Origin: Euprymna scolopes | Lineage: Eukaryota | Length of the DNA stretch: 57,359 bases | Assembly (NCBI GenBank): GCA_053919585.1 | Contig: CM132790.1 | Strand: one strand, 5' to 3' | Shown: piece after piece, positions 38,069 to 50,064 of the stretch | Layout of the letters: each line of letters starts with the position of its first letter | Numbering within the stretch: position 1 is the stretch's first letter | Translations under genes and position numbers: made by a program | Notes under the pieces: generated by a model | What the model was told of the DNA's origin: nothing | Seen by the model: the letters and a program-made list of their open reading frames with translations, nothing else | Database searches by the model: none

Positions 38069-39331
38069 CTATATATATGCAATTCTTACAGCTACGTACC
38101 TCGAAAACGAAACCATAAAACCTTCCATAGTTATATGTGACAAGCAGGAAAAAGAATCAACCTCAATAGAAGGTAGTGTTTCCATTGATTCTGGGTGGAA
38201 CAGGGATTAGAAAGAAAAGAAAAATGGCAAGGTCTTATTATTACTCTGAGAAATATCTCTATATTTTAAGTAATTATAAGAGCAACTGATTTAATAAAAA
38301 AATTGAAACTACCTGGCATATATACCCGGTGAAACAAGTGCACGAGAGATCCAAACAATTGCACTTGAGGAACGATCAGAGTCTTAAAAGATCCTTCGCT
38401 TGGAATATATGACTTAGCGGGTGAATGTTTTGCTTCCAGTAGGATGCCTCACCATTTCCTTAACCAAACTAAGAAAATTGAAATGTAAATAATATTGTTG
38501 CCTCTTACTTTATTCTTCTTATTGTTATTATAAATTAAATTTTTAACTCTGTCAGTTTCAATTAAAATATTTCGGATAAAATCAAGACATAAAAACAATG
38601 TAAAAAAAGAAATATATGACATAAAAATGAAATATGAATGCACGCGCGTAAAGGGAGAAAGAATTGAATAAAGAGAAAAACAGTTTGAATTAAGTGAAGC
38701 CCGCGTATCTCATATTACATCCCATTTTCTGCCCCCTCCCTAACTCGTGTATTATAAAACCACCAACTATTAACACGCTCTATTTCTTCACCTTTCCTCT
38801 TCTTTTTCCATTTCTCCATGTTGTTTTTAAAATTTTAACTTTTACTTGATAATCAAGTGTATCGCTAAATTAGTTTTTCAACTTTCTTTAATTCACAATC
38901 TATAGTAAAGACATTTTTTTAATTTAGTTATATTAAACCGGATCATGAATTTGAAATAAAATATTGCTTTCTGTCTGACTCCAAAACTGAAAACCAAAAG
39001 GAGCAGACATTTTTGCCTGATGAAATCTTAGCCGTCAAAAAAATATCGTTATTCCAGTATAGCAGAGCTTGTGCATGTGTGTATAAATAAAGATAAATAT
39101 CTTAACATTTTATTTATTTTTAGGCACAATTATATAACTCAATTGGATATTCTCTAGATTCTATCCTATAAATGCACGCAGGAAATGTTCTTTACACAGA
39201 TACATACAATTACACACCCGCATACACAGACACAAACACACACACACACATATATATGTATATATATAATTATTTACTATATATCTATATAATTATTTGC
39301 TATAATAATTATTATTATCGTAATATATATA

Positions 39332-39395
<64 letters not shown>

Positions 39396-39398
<3 letters not shown>

Positions 39399-39581
39399 TC
39401 CTGTTCAAAATCATAAGACCACTTAAGAAAGTAAGCGTTTACGCATAATATCGAATTTTTAATCAAACAAATGGTTGAAACCATTGCCAAAAGGGAAAAT
39501 ATGATGGAAAAAAATGAAATCTGCTTCATTCGAAACCTTAATCCTGATCTAATAATTATTACAAAAAAAACAAAAACATTT
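39396..39581. mobile_element. Solo TIR fragment of the Tc1 family at 24318
   Basis: ta|cagtcctgttcaaaatcataagaccacttaagaaagtaagcgtttacgcat... closely matches 24318-24500. Confidence 0.88.
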
Positions 39582-40083
39582 GGAAGGATTTTCTAAAGAA
39601 TTTTAAAATTCACCTACGGTCACCTTTAAATTCTGCAGTTTAACAGTCTTTTCAAAAATTATATGGTGTATTCTTTTGGAGTTTTTTCAAAACGTCATTT
39701 TTCTTAATATTTAATATATCTTAGTGAGTATGTAATTCAAATTATATTACTGGGACTCTTTAGTTGAATATATGATACAGTGAAATCATTTAAACCAATA
39801 TGCTAAGTAAGAAAATTAGTACTGGAGAAAGTAAATTGGAGCAATGAAGATTAGAGCTAGGGTGTTAATCTTTATTGGGGGTGTTCCAGTAATATTTGGT
39901 AAGCTTGGTATAATCATAGTAAATTGACATTTTAGACTTATTAGTTGTTGGTGGTGGATTTTAAAAAAATGGGATACCTAATTTATGGGTGTACTTGGTA
40001 TATTGTTCATATATACGCATATGTACACGTAGCATACACATAGGATCATACATAGAAACATATCGATACTAGTACAACCCCCC

Positions 40084-40139
<56 letters not shown>

Positions 40140-41316
40140 GCAAGTCAACGAAAAATGTATACACACATACATGCGTATACTTCCATATGTATATACATAC
40201 ATATACATATATATATGTATATGTATATATATGGATATATTAGAAAAATCTTATTGAAAATGAATTCAAATAAAAAACATTACAAAGCTGTAAAGAAGAT
40301 ATACAGAATTTTTATTAATCCGACAAGGATTACAGATACACTTGAAAGATCTTATTCTGCGGAGTTTCGAAAGATGCAATTTTTTTCATCAGAAGAAAGA
40401 CGTTTGCAAAATATTCAATAGATATATATCGATTTAATATATTGTCCTTCTCGGTATGCAGTTTATCTGAACTCAAATCAATATTTCTTCAAAAGTGTTT
40501 AAAACGGGTGTAAAGATTTCATATAACTAAAATTATATAAACATAGTAAAGAGTTGCTTAGAGATACCAAAATGGCTCCTGACAAGATAAGAAGATGTTT
40601 AAACATCGATGATCCGTGGAGATTACTTGCTGTTTATATACATATAAGAGAAAAGAAATTAAAACCTGCAAGTTGGAATTTACAATCAAATTTATTGTTC
40701 GACAAAATAGTCCAAAAAACAATTTACAAAGTTCTCATTCCGCGGTGTTTCAAAGGATGCTATTCTTCCTATTCTTCCCAACAGAGGAATGAAAGAAATC
40801 AGCAAAATTATATTTGTAGCAATGTTAGAATTTGCTGGTTAAGACATTAAATGAAACCGTAATTTATTATATTCATAAATTGCAAATATGTACATATCCT
40901 TTAAAAACAACGAGTGAAAAAATGTAGGAGATGCAAAAATAATAAAAACAAATCGGGAATAAAGTTGCAGCCTGCATGAAGATTCTTTTGAAGTATATCC
41001 AAAAGGCGAAAATAATTCTTTAGAAATAATCAAATCCAAATGTAATCCAGTTGAATACAATTAGTCCGGTTGGAAACTTTTCAACGCAGCTGTAATCATG
41101 GACATTCTTTTTGCGGATTTTTTCTTTCCAAAGATAGGTTGATCCCCAGTTGAGTGGCTTCGAGAAATTAGATGGTTAGGAATAAGCTCTACTCTCTATT
41201 GTGTGTGTATTGAGTATTTTTATTTGGTCGGGATGAAAATGTGTATAGATATATAGATACTGGCATTTATATTAGAATCACGTTTACCATTGCTTATATC
41301 AGGTAAACACTGCATC

Positions 41317-41380
<64 letters not shown>

Positions 41381-41622
41381 TTAATTTAGTCACATAAAAT
41401 TAATATACGAAAGTATAGATTTATGCGTAAACTTTAAGTATTTACTTCAAAAGTGCTCAATACGGAGGTAGAGCTAGTTAGTAAGTTATAAAATGTATAT
41501 GGCGATAAAGCTACACTGAATATTCCGCGTTTCATCCACTCTAGCATAAGCCTGAAGAGTCCTAGAGTGGATGAAACGCGGAATATTCAGTGTAGCTTAA
41601 TCACCATATACATTTTATAACT

Positions 41623-41627
<5 letters not shown>
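41381..41627 (+). repeat. ~245-bp hairpin element with hammerhead-like core (copy 2), between (TA)n tracts
   Basis: Arms 41479-41544 and 41562-41627; core CTGAAGA-gtcc tagagt ggat-GAAAC. Confidence 0.8.
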
Positions 41628-41695
<68 letters not shown>

Positions 41696-42235
41696 AGTTA
41701 CTGAAGGATATGTATCTGTTTACAATTCGCTGAATGTGTACAATTGACCTACACAAAAACTAGGATTGCAAACATCCAATGATAAATATGATTTATTTAC
41801 TAATATCTGTTCTCTAAACAGCTATATATACGCTTATCACACGACAACCGTTTCTTTGAACCATGGATTAATACTCTTACATTGATTTATTCAATTTCAT
41901 TATGCATCTACGTAAAAGTTTGAATCCTGAAAAATAACGTTTCGAGTAAAGTAGATAACTATGATACATAGAAAGTTACAACATCGACCAAAATAACAGT
42001 CCAAGACTATTTTATGTTTGTAGAAATCAGTATAGCGAGAAAGGTGTCGAAACAGGTAAAAAAAAAGCCGATAAACTATTTCTCTATCATCTGAACTTTA
42101 TCTAATTATTTTTACTCGATTTTAAACATCTCAGATAATTAATTAAACTATTTAATTAAGTCCATAAATTGGGATGGGAATTTCAATGTTTGTATCATTT
42201 AATAAGTGAGAAAGAGAACTTATGTAGCAAGACTA

Positions 42236-42282
<47 letters not shown>

Positions 42283-42284
42283 CC

Positions 42285-42318
<34 letters not shown>

Positions 42319-43059
42319 ATGCATATTTATTAGAAAATGTAAGTTTTTTAATTGGGGGTTAAAAAATGCAACTGAAATTAGGGGTGTAAATAGTCTTCTT
42401 ACTTAGGCACTGGTAGTCAAACGAAATCTGAAATTCTTACATGGGAAAGTATTTTATATTATCTATGTAATTGCTGGTAGGTGAATTGAGCTAACAGGTG
42501 GTATAATAAAAAAAATCGACCCTGAGTAGATGTGTACTGTATTCATTTTAAAATGTTTGGAGTAGAAAATGGAGGAGATTATTGGATTTAGGGGAAGATT
42601 TTTCTGTTCAAATCTTTAAGAGCAAACAGCATATCAAGATAAATATAAATATCGGTAAATTAAAACTAAACTTATCTCTAAGAAGCACATATCAATAAAA
42701 GATAAAAGCATATGCGAAGCAGAATTCTGTATACATATTTGGTTTCTTGAGTAATACCGGTCAATGTAAAAATAAATGTTCATTAAGAAAATATGAATTC
42801 ATAGTCTGACCATATGCAAGGAATGCTCATGTTTGTAGCTCAAAATAATTAATATTTATCTGACCATGATTATATGTTTACAACCTATGTGTTTTAGCAA
42901 ATATATAAACCAATGAAATTATGAAATAGGATGAGATATACGGATGTATTTTCCGCAATCTTTGATTAAAAATTTACATTTTAAGGGTTCAATAATTGAA
43001 AAAAAAACAATCATTCGTCGATCATATACATTTCAGAGATTAATAGACTGCAATAAATA

Positions 43060-43250
43060 GTTAGACACAATGATTACTGATGAGCTGGAAAACAAGATTT
43101 CAATCCTCGGTTGAGTCATTCTGAAGACTTTAAAATAGTACTTGCTTTATTTGTTTCACAGGCAGATGCGGATCGATGATAAGTATGATGTTTGATAGAA
43201 AAATAGGCACCTTCCCTAACAGTGCAGTGTTACTTGGATTTGTGCTGAAA
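43060..43250 (+). mobile_element. Possible old tRNA-derived SINE remnant
   Basis: Degenerate B-box atttcaatcc followed by tcggttgagtcattctgaagactttaaaatagtacttgct, resembling SINE head-core junctions; recognised from memory only. Confidence 0.3.
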
Positions 43251-45039
43251 ATTTAATTTGAAAATTAAAAAAAGGAACAAACCGCTTTCGTTATTTAATT
43301 TTTTAAATGAAAGATATTTTAACGAATAAATAATTTCCTGTAGTATGTCTAACGTTTCAATGCTTATACATTTTTATGTGGATTTTTTCATGTATATCTA
43401 TTTGTTTTTGATGTATCTTAAAAAGAATTTACAATGCATAAATGTTATTTCGTTTAGTATTTCATACACCCATGACAAATGTTCTCTTTATCACTTGACC
43501 GGCTAGATGTGCAAGTGAGGATTGTAAGACTTATAATTCACACAAAAACACCCAGACTCATTCAATTATGTGTAGAAATATATTAGATTATCTGTTTCGA
43601 TCTCTTCATCTTTTTTCTTTCTTCTTTCTTTTTCTTCATTCTTTTTAAATCTCCTAATCTTTTTTTTCTAATTTACTATCGTTTTACTATCTTTTTAGTA
43701 AGGATATCTCACCATTGTCCTTCTGTGTTAATCTGGACATTGCCATCCAATGGGAAAACCGAATTACACAAAACCTAAAACGGAAGGTCAATTCTACTGT
43801 GTGACAAAAAATGTCAAAAAAGCTTTTATAAGCACAAAAAATCACCAACGGAAATATTGCTTTGTTCCCCCCAAATCTAAAACTAGAAGCGATTTCATGA
43901 ATGATAAAGCATAAAGGATTTCAATTTGAAGCCGATAAAAAGATCCAAACCCACAATTTTATTTAAAAAAAAGGTTATGTTTTTTTTTGTCGCATAACAT
44001 ACGAAATTCCCGGTCTCTGAATATGTTTCTAAGCCCGGTAGAATCGGAGATATTCATGCGCTAAATCTGTTTTGAAAGCATTCTGTCGATTTCGTTCTGT
44101 CGGTTAAACAAATAGAAACATGAAACAACTCGAGAAATGCTTCAATGCCTTTAAGGAAAATAAGTAGAAATTGTTAGATTTCAGTATCTTTGTATTTTTC
44201 TCATTTTAGCAATTCGAACTGTGTTTTTACCATTTACGAAAAAATGATCAATACTTGCATTATTGTTTCAGTGACTATTTCCCAACATTTCTTTCTTTCA
44301 CTGCACAAACTTCAAATGATTAATAATATCCGCATTGTGATTTTATCTTCCCGACCTCTTTGTTCAACTGAACAGAAATAAAATTAAAATAGCAAAAAAT
44401 ATATTATCATTACTTTGGTTTATTCATTCATTTTTTTGTAGATTTAATTTTGGCCAAAGATAAAACCATAAAAAGTAACGAAATAAGACTGAAATTAAAT
44501 AAGTATGAAGAGAATAAGGAGAAAGAAAATAAAAAGACAAAAGCATAAAAAGGAATTAGTCTTCTTATGAATATAACGTTTTCTTTCATTTCTGTTATGT
44601 GTACGATTACTTATTCATATCAAATGAGTTTGTAGAATTTGCGTTTCTGTTTATACAATATCCACATACAATTGCGCCGTTACTTGCAGCCTATTTGTGT
44701 GTGTTTACCTGTATGTGTTTGTGCATACATGCATAAATGCGTAAGTATCTGTATTTGTATGGATATGCCGTTATATTTCTTCTCTGTTTTCCCTAAATCG
44801 TAAAAACCAATGCAACCTCTCCTAAAGAATTACCAGCATAGGAGCAAGTGTCCTATTTCAATTATTGCTCACTTCTAGTAGCAATAAGGAATTCAAGACG
44901 ACCGACAGTAATAACATAAACTTAGATTATGATTGGTCCATATTCTTATATAAGGCTTTATATACTCTTCAGATATTGAAGGAAATATTTCTTTTGACTT
45001 CCGGAATTATTTTACAAATAACACATTAGACGTTTTGAG

Positions 45040-45767
45040 GAGTTTTATTTTCCTCGAAATAAGCATTGCTATCTGTCAAAAATATAATTTGATTCAGACG
45101 CTAACACATAGGGCTCTAATGATTTGTTCCAAAACCAACCTGAATGGCGAGATTAAATTCACCACTAAGACGCCTTGCAGCAATGGCTAACCCTTAGACA
45201 TTATTGAATCTACTATCAATTAGAAAAGTTCCAATTTTAATAAATCTAAAGAAACTGTAGTCAATAGATGTCCTTTTTACCTTCATCTACCTTGGCTAAG
45301 TAATATCCGTGACCGATTTGCCAAACAAATCTCTTTTTCTGTACAACGCTGTTATTTTACGTCGACCCCACGTGTTGTTGTTTATACTAGAGCTATGTTG
45401 CGTCCATTCGCAAAGATTTTCTCCCCCTCCACTATAATATATCTATCATTTATTTATTTAAATGTAGCTGCAGTGCGTGCTATGTTGGTCGGGCAACGCA
45501 AAGATTGGATTTTCGTTTAAAACATGTGCCATCAACGATTAATTATGCGAATTTTTCGCTTTTGTCTTCTGAATAATGCATATGGTTGTGCGATATGCGA
45601 GCACTTTTTAACTAACCGTGCTTGTAACACGAATTTCAGTGTGGATATGTTCACGATCATAAGCAGGTCGCACTTGCGTTTTCATTTAAAAATTAAAGAA
45701 AATTTTTTTTATTAAATCCTTGAGACATTCTTAGTACTTAATTTGATTTCCATGTGATTTTTATCCG

Positions 45768-45770
<3 letters not shown>
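45040..45770 (+). pseudogene. Penelope-like element 3' remnant: RT thumb plus GIY-YIG endonuclease
   Basis: NLIQTLTHRALMICSKTNLNGEIKF....CSNG*P; CPFYLHLPWL; IYLFKCSCSACYVGRATQRLDFRLKH (GIY-YIG); AICEHFL; stops and frameshifts present. Confidence 0.85.
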
Positions 45771-45839
<69 letters not shown>

Positions 45840-45854
45840 TAGTAATTGTGACAC

Positions 45855-45900
45855 CCTGCACTGAAGAATCCCGAAAGGATGAAACACTAGTGTCTGTAGG
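45855..45900 (+). ncRNA. Type I hammerhead ribozyme (copy 1), predicted cleavage after GUC at 45894
   Basis: Stem I cctgca/tgtagg; CUGAAGA; stem II atcc-cgaaa-ggat; GAAA; palindromic stem III ACACTAGTGT; then C. Confidence 0.85.
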
Positions 45901-46106
45901 TATTTAATTATTATAGTAAAAAAATAATTATGACAGCCCCTTTAAGAAATACGTTTCTTATAGTTGAGCACTTTCTGTTGAATAAAAGTCGGTCAATTTA
46001 GCTCTTATGCGTAGATCGTCGTATAACGACTTGATCACTGTCTGTCTGACGTAATGAACATTTAAATTAAAATGTTTAAAATTCAACGCTATTTCACACG
46101 ATTAAT

Positions 46107-46180
46107 GGTAGCCGAATGGATACGGTCTCCGCTAATCGAGCCAGAGATGTCTCGTGTCGCGGGGTTCGAATCGTTCGACT
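46107..46180 (+). promoter_or_regulatory. tRNA-like segment with Pol III A box and B box
   Basis: A box TAGCCGAATGG (~46109-46119) and B box GGTTCGAATC (46163-46172) at tRNA-like spacing; no convincing acceptor stem, so not a tRNA gene. Confidence 0.65.
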
Positions 46181-46197
46181 GGTAGTAATTGTGACAC

Positions 46198-46243
46198 CCT
46201 GCACTGAAGAATCCCGAAAGGATGAAACACTAGTGTCTGTAGG
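46198..46243 (+). ncRNA. Type I hammerhead ribozyme (copy 2), predicted cleavage after GUC at 46237
   Basis: Identical to copy 1, within a ~95-bp perfect direct repeat (45837-45931 and 46180-46274). Confidence 0.85.
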
Positions 46244-46271
46244 TATTTAATTATTATAGTAAAAAAATAAT

Positions 46272-46329
<58 letters not shown>

Positions 46330-47205
46330 CGGATAAAATATATATATAGCCTGTTCAGTCTTCATTATATCCGGCGCGGGTAGGTTCTGTGAATGAACCA
46401 CTGTTTTTCATGAATTGTATTGCAGAGACAGACTATGTATTGCCATCTTGAATATAAACATTTATGTTTTATTGATGAACATCTGATTGCGTACAGTAAC
46501 GGTTTGCAAGAATGATATTTTCATTACAGACACGCATAACAAACAGGGACTCATATTCTATCATATTAGTCTAAAGACGTTTCTATAAAAAATAGAAGAT
46601 TACAGTGAGATGGAGATGTAGAGAAATTTATAAAGAAGAATCAGAGATGATATAATTTACACTACTTTATGCCACATATATGTGTGTGTTTCAACTTATA
46701 TTTTGCCTTCTGAACCTAAGCCTACCTCTTCATACTAGTCAGAGGAAACAGTTTAATCTTTAAAAAATCGCTACATTTATATGTGTAATGGAGTGAGGAA
46801 ATATGTGATATATGTGAATCGGTATTTTTTAATTCATAGTAAATATTAAACAAAATAGATATAATATATATGTGTATAGAATAGAAGTTGTTTTATTTTG
46901 TTTTATAATTTTCCCTGTAAGAAATACCATTAACTGTATGCCATTTTATATTGTCCAATGATATGATGTATTTTTTAAAGACACTTCAAAAGTTGCTTGG
47001 GATGAGTCAAATTATTCTTGGCAATGATATCATTATGAGTATAATGCATTATACATCATCAATAGTGTTCAATACTTTTCGGCGTTTTTTTCTTCTTTAT
47101 CTAAAATGAAATGGTAATGCATACATACACACGCACACACACACATATATATATACATATATATATTACATACGTTTATATATTTATCTGTATATAATGT
47201 ATATA

Positions 47206-47239
<34 letters not shown>

Positions 47240-47244
<5 letters not shown>

Positions 47245-47566
47245 AAAGTGAACGTGACTTTGTGTGTTTGTGCTTGTGTACATTTTCCTGTGCAATAACT
47301 TTATCAATGTTCAGTCTACAGACTCGAAAATTGAGATACAGAGTACTGAGATTGGGAAAATCTTTGTAATCCGTTTTCGGCCAGAAATTTGGCTGTTAAG
47401 GGGTCAAAGTTCAACGATTTGGCGTTTGAGAACTCTACCAAACCCCCTCCGCCAATTTAGGATCTAAACACTTGAAATTTTAGATATAGGTTCCTTGGAC
47501 ATGTATCTAACTTAATAACTTGATTTGATCCCAAAACAATACATGTTAAGATGTCAAAGTTAAAAA
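47240..47566 (+). mobile_element. Helitron family A, 5' part (3' end not seen)
   Basis: tataaaagtgaacgtg...gtacattttcc...gtctacagactcgaaa...gggtcaaagttcaacgatt aligns with the other family A copies. Confidence 0.8.
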
Positions 47567-47785
47567 TAGTTGGCAACGTAGGGCTGAAATTTATGCAATA
47601 TACATATATATTCGTTCCCGAATAGAAACATCAACAACTGTTTAGTTTCTGAGATGAAACAAAAATCACCAGTAAAATCTCTGCTTTGACAAGTCGTAAA
47701 GTTACTTACCTAGTTATCGCCAACGAATTCTGTTTCTTTAAATTCTTCACATTTTAGAGTACTTTTCAGAAAGATAATCTAACAT

Positions 47786-48126
47786 AGCATGCGTTTTGTT
47801 AGTAGTTTATTAATTTATAGTTAATAAACTACTAACAACTTAGCATGCGTTTTATAAACTATTAAAATAATAGCTTATTAATTTATAGTTTATAAACTAT
47901 TAACAACTTAGCATGCGTTTTATAAACTATCAAAATAATAGTTTATTAATTTATAGTTAATAAACTATTAACAATTTAGCATGCGTTTTATAGACTATTA
48001 AAATAATAGTTTATTAATTTATAGTTTATAAACTATTAACAACTTAGCATGCGTTTTATAAACTATTAAAATAATAGTTTATTAATTTATAGTTAATAAA
48101 CTATTAACAACTTGGCATGAGTTTTA
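47786..48126. repeat. 68-bp tandem repeat, ~5 copies, each with an internal palindrome
   Basis: agcatgcgtttt at 47842, 47910, 47978, 48046 and (degenerate) 48114; palindrome aatagtttattaa...ttaataaactatt. Confidence 0.92.
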
Positions 48127-48134
48127 ACTACTGT

Positions 48135-48462
48135 CAATAATTTTCCCCACTCTTTATCTGTGCCTAAATCCAAACGTAGATTCCATGAGCAAAGCTTCTT
48201 TCTTAGAACTGCGCTCCAGTGGAACTCTCTGCCACTTGCCTGTTTCCCAGCTGACTACAACTTGGACGTCTTCAAGTCCAACATAAACAAACTCCTGACA
48301 AACCGCCCCTTTAAGTAAGACACTCTATCAAAACCTCCAATACTAATGATTACTACAATACTATCTCATTGATTACTGTACACGCAATAACCCTTATCCC
48401 TGAGTGGCCTTCGGGTCTTGATAAGTGGTGACCCCCATGTAAAAAAATAAAATAAAAAATAA
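48135..48462 (+). mobile_element. 5'-truncated CR1-like 3' fragment with A-rich tail
   Basis: Aligns to 32170-32459 (PHSLSVPKSKRRFHEQSFFLRTALQWNSLP). Confidence 0.85.
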
Positions 48463-48616
48463 TAATTTTTCCTGTTTAATGAAACACTAATCTGTGACAG
48501 CTCTTAAAAATGCTGAGCAAAATATATCAAGTAAATGCTTTGAATTTCATATGAGTTTAAAGGCATGAGAAGCGGCAAGTTTCTCTAATTTTGTGGCACT
48601 TTAGTTTTTATATATA

Positions 48617-48671
48617 CTAGCAATTCGCGCGGCTTTGCTCGGGTCCTATGTATTGTTCATAACTTTATACG

Positions 48672-48708
<37 letters not shown>

Positions 48709-49280
48709 GTTTGACTCATATCTAGATAACCTACATTCAGAATTTCAAGTGTTTAGATCCAAAATTGGAGGCGGAGTTTGGTAGAGTCTGCAAAAGTGAA
48801 CCCTTCCAACTTTGACTTCTAGGCAGCCAAAGTTTCGCCCAAGAACTGGTTCAAAAGCTTGCTGCATGTATAATTACGCTTTATGTAAAATTTAAAATGT
48901 GTAGTCTAAAAATTGGTTGAATTGTTTTCTAGAAATCACAATGGTAAAATCTTGAACTTTGACCCTTTTGGGAACCAAATTCTTGACCAAAAACCAATTT
49001 AAAAGCTTGTCCTATATCTGAATACACTTTATGTAAAATTTCAAATGTTTAGACCAAAAATTAGCTGAGTAATTTGGTAGAGATCGCAAAGGTGAAATGT
49101 TTTAAAACTTTGACCCCAATTTTGACCCCACAACATTTATTGTTTTGGGCTCAAATTGAATTAAAATGTTTTATCCATGTCCAAGTAACCTACATCTAAA
49201 ATTTTAAGTGTTTAGACCCCAGATTTGCGGAGGAGTTTGGTTGAGTTTAAAAGACCAAGTCGTTGATCTTTGACCCCTTT
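48617..49280 (-). mobile_element. Helitron family A-related diverged copy with internal subrepeats
   Basis: a|ctagcaattcgcgcggctttgctcggg 3' end; repeated aaatttcaagtgtttagacccaaaatt...gagtttggtagag and aactttgacccc modules shared with 3920-4200. Confidence 0.65.
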
Positions 49281-49933
49281 CTTAAGAGGGATGGTCAGTG
49301 ACGATACGGTTGAATTTTTAGGACTATATATACTAATAGGGGGAGTTTTTCTGTAAATTAAACATTTATATACATATATATATATATACAGTTAATGATG
49401 GTTGTAAAAAAATTATATGAAAGGAATTAAGAAAGGAGTATTTAGGTTTATCCTGTATCTAAATTGTTTTAATTGATAATGATTTTTAATAGATAGAGAG
49501 AAATATAGAAGAAACCTTTTCTTTGCTTAATTGTATTAACAGATTAGTAAATGAGAGCAGATTCGATTAAACGACGTGTTGATTTATTGTGTATGTGTTT
49601 TAGAATGTAGTCAAATAATTGGCCGGAAAATAGCATTAAGTGGATCATTATTTGTCACATCTCTTTTGTCTTCATGTAACCTCTTATTAAGATCGTGTTG
49701 CCTTTCTCCTATATATATTTTACCGCAATCAAAGCAGGTTATAGAGTATACTCCGGCTTTGATTTATTATTATTATTTTTTTTTACAACCACGATAAATT
49801 GTATATATGTATATATGTGTTTAAGTTACATAAATACTTCCCCTTATTAGTATATATAGCCCTAAACATTCGACCTTCTCGTCATTGACCATCCCTCTTG
49901 AGAAAGTGCGTATAAGACAGGCGAAACGTCGGG
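49281..49933. repeat. Inverted repeat (49281-49346 and 49836-49902) whose right arm runs into a hammerhead-like variant core
   Basis: cttaagagggatggtcagtgacga...ctatatatactaatagggg versus ccccttattagtatatatag...tcgtcattgaccatccctcttgag; continues cTTGAGAAagtgc...gcGAAACGTCggg. Confidence 0.6.
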
Positions 49934-49984
49934 CCTCTATGTCTCTCTTTAAATATTATACCGTCGGATTTTATCCAGTTTTTA

Positions 49985-50064
<80 letters not shown>
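49985..50064. repeat. (GAT)n microsatellite
   Basis: Direct reading; explains the poly-D and poly-M ORFs. Confidence 0.97.

Larger units (their letters stand above)
31790..38460 (+). mobile_element. Degenerate R4/Dong-like non-LTR retrotransposon (RT, CCHC knuckle, restriction-like endonuclease), interrupted by a CR1 fragment and a minisatellite; ends approximate
   Basis: Frameshifted motifs DQLLIN (~33366), IRGLFQ, NHLLF, MKFGLDKCAK (33842), TYSFCIVDW, RLYLPR, IMAAQ, CH.EAESLSHL..IC, HNEVC, SWEH; after the array, IKPSIVICDKQEKE...IEGSV (degenerate PD-(D/E)xK region). Confidence 0.75.

Noticed and set aside
40250-41160. Possible very old Penelope-like ORF remnant
   Set aside because: Only scattered short motif hints; no alignment I can defend without a profile search.
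46107-46180. Functional tRNA gene
   Set aside because: A and B boxes are present but I cannot form a proper acceptor stem or cloverleaf; treated as a tRNA-derived promoter.
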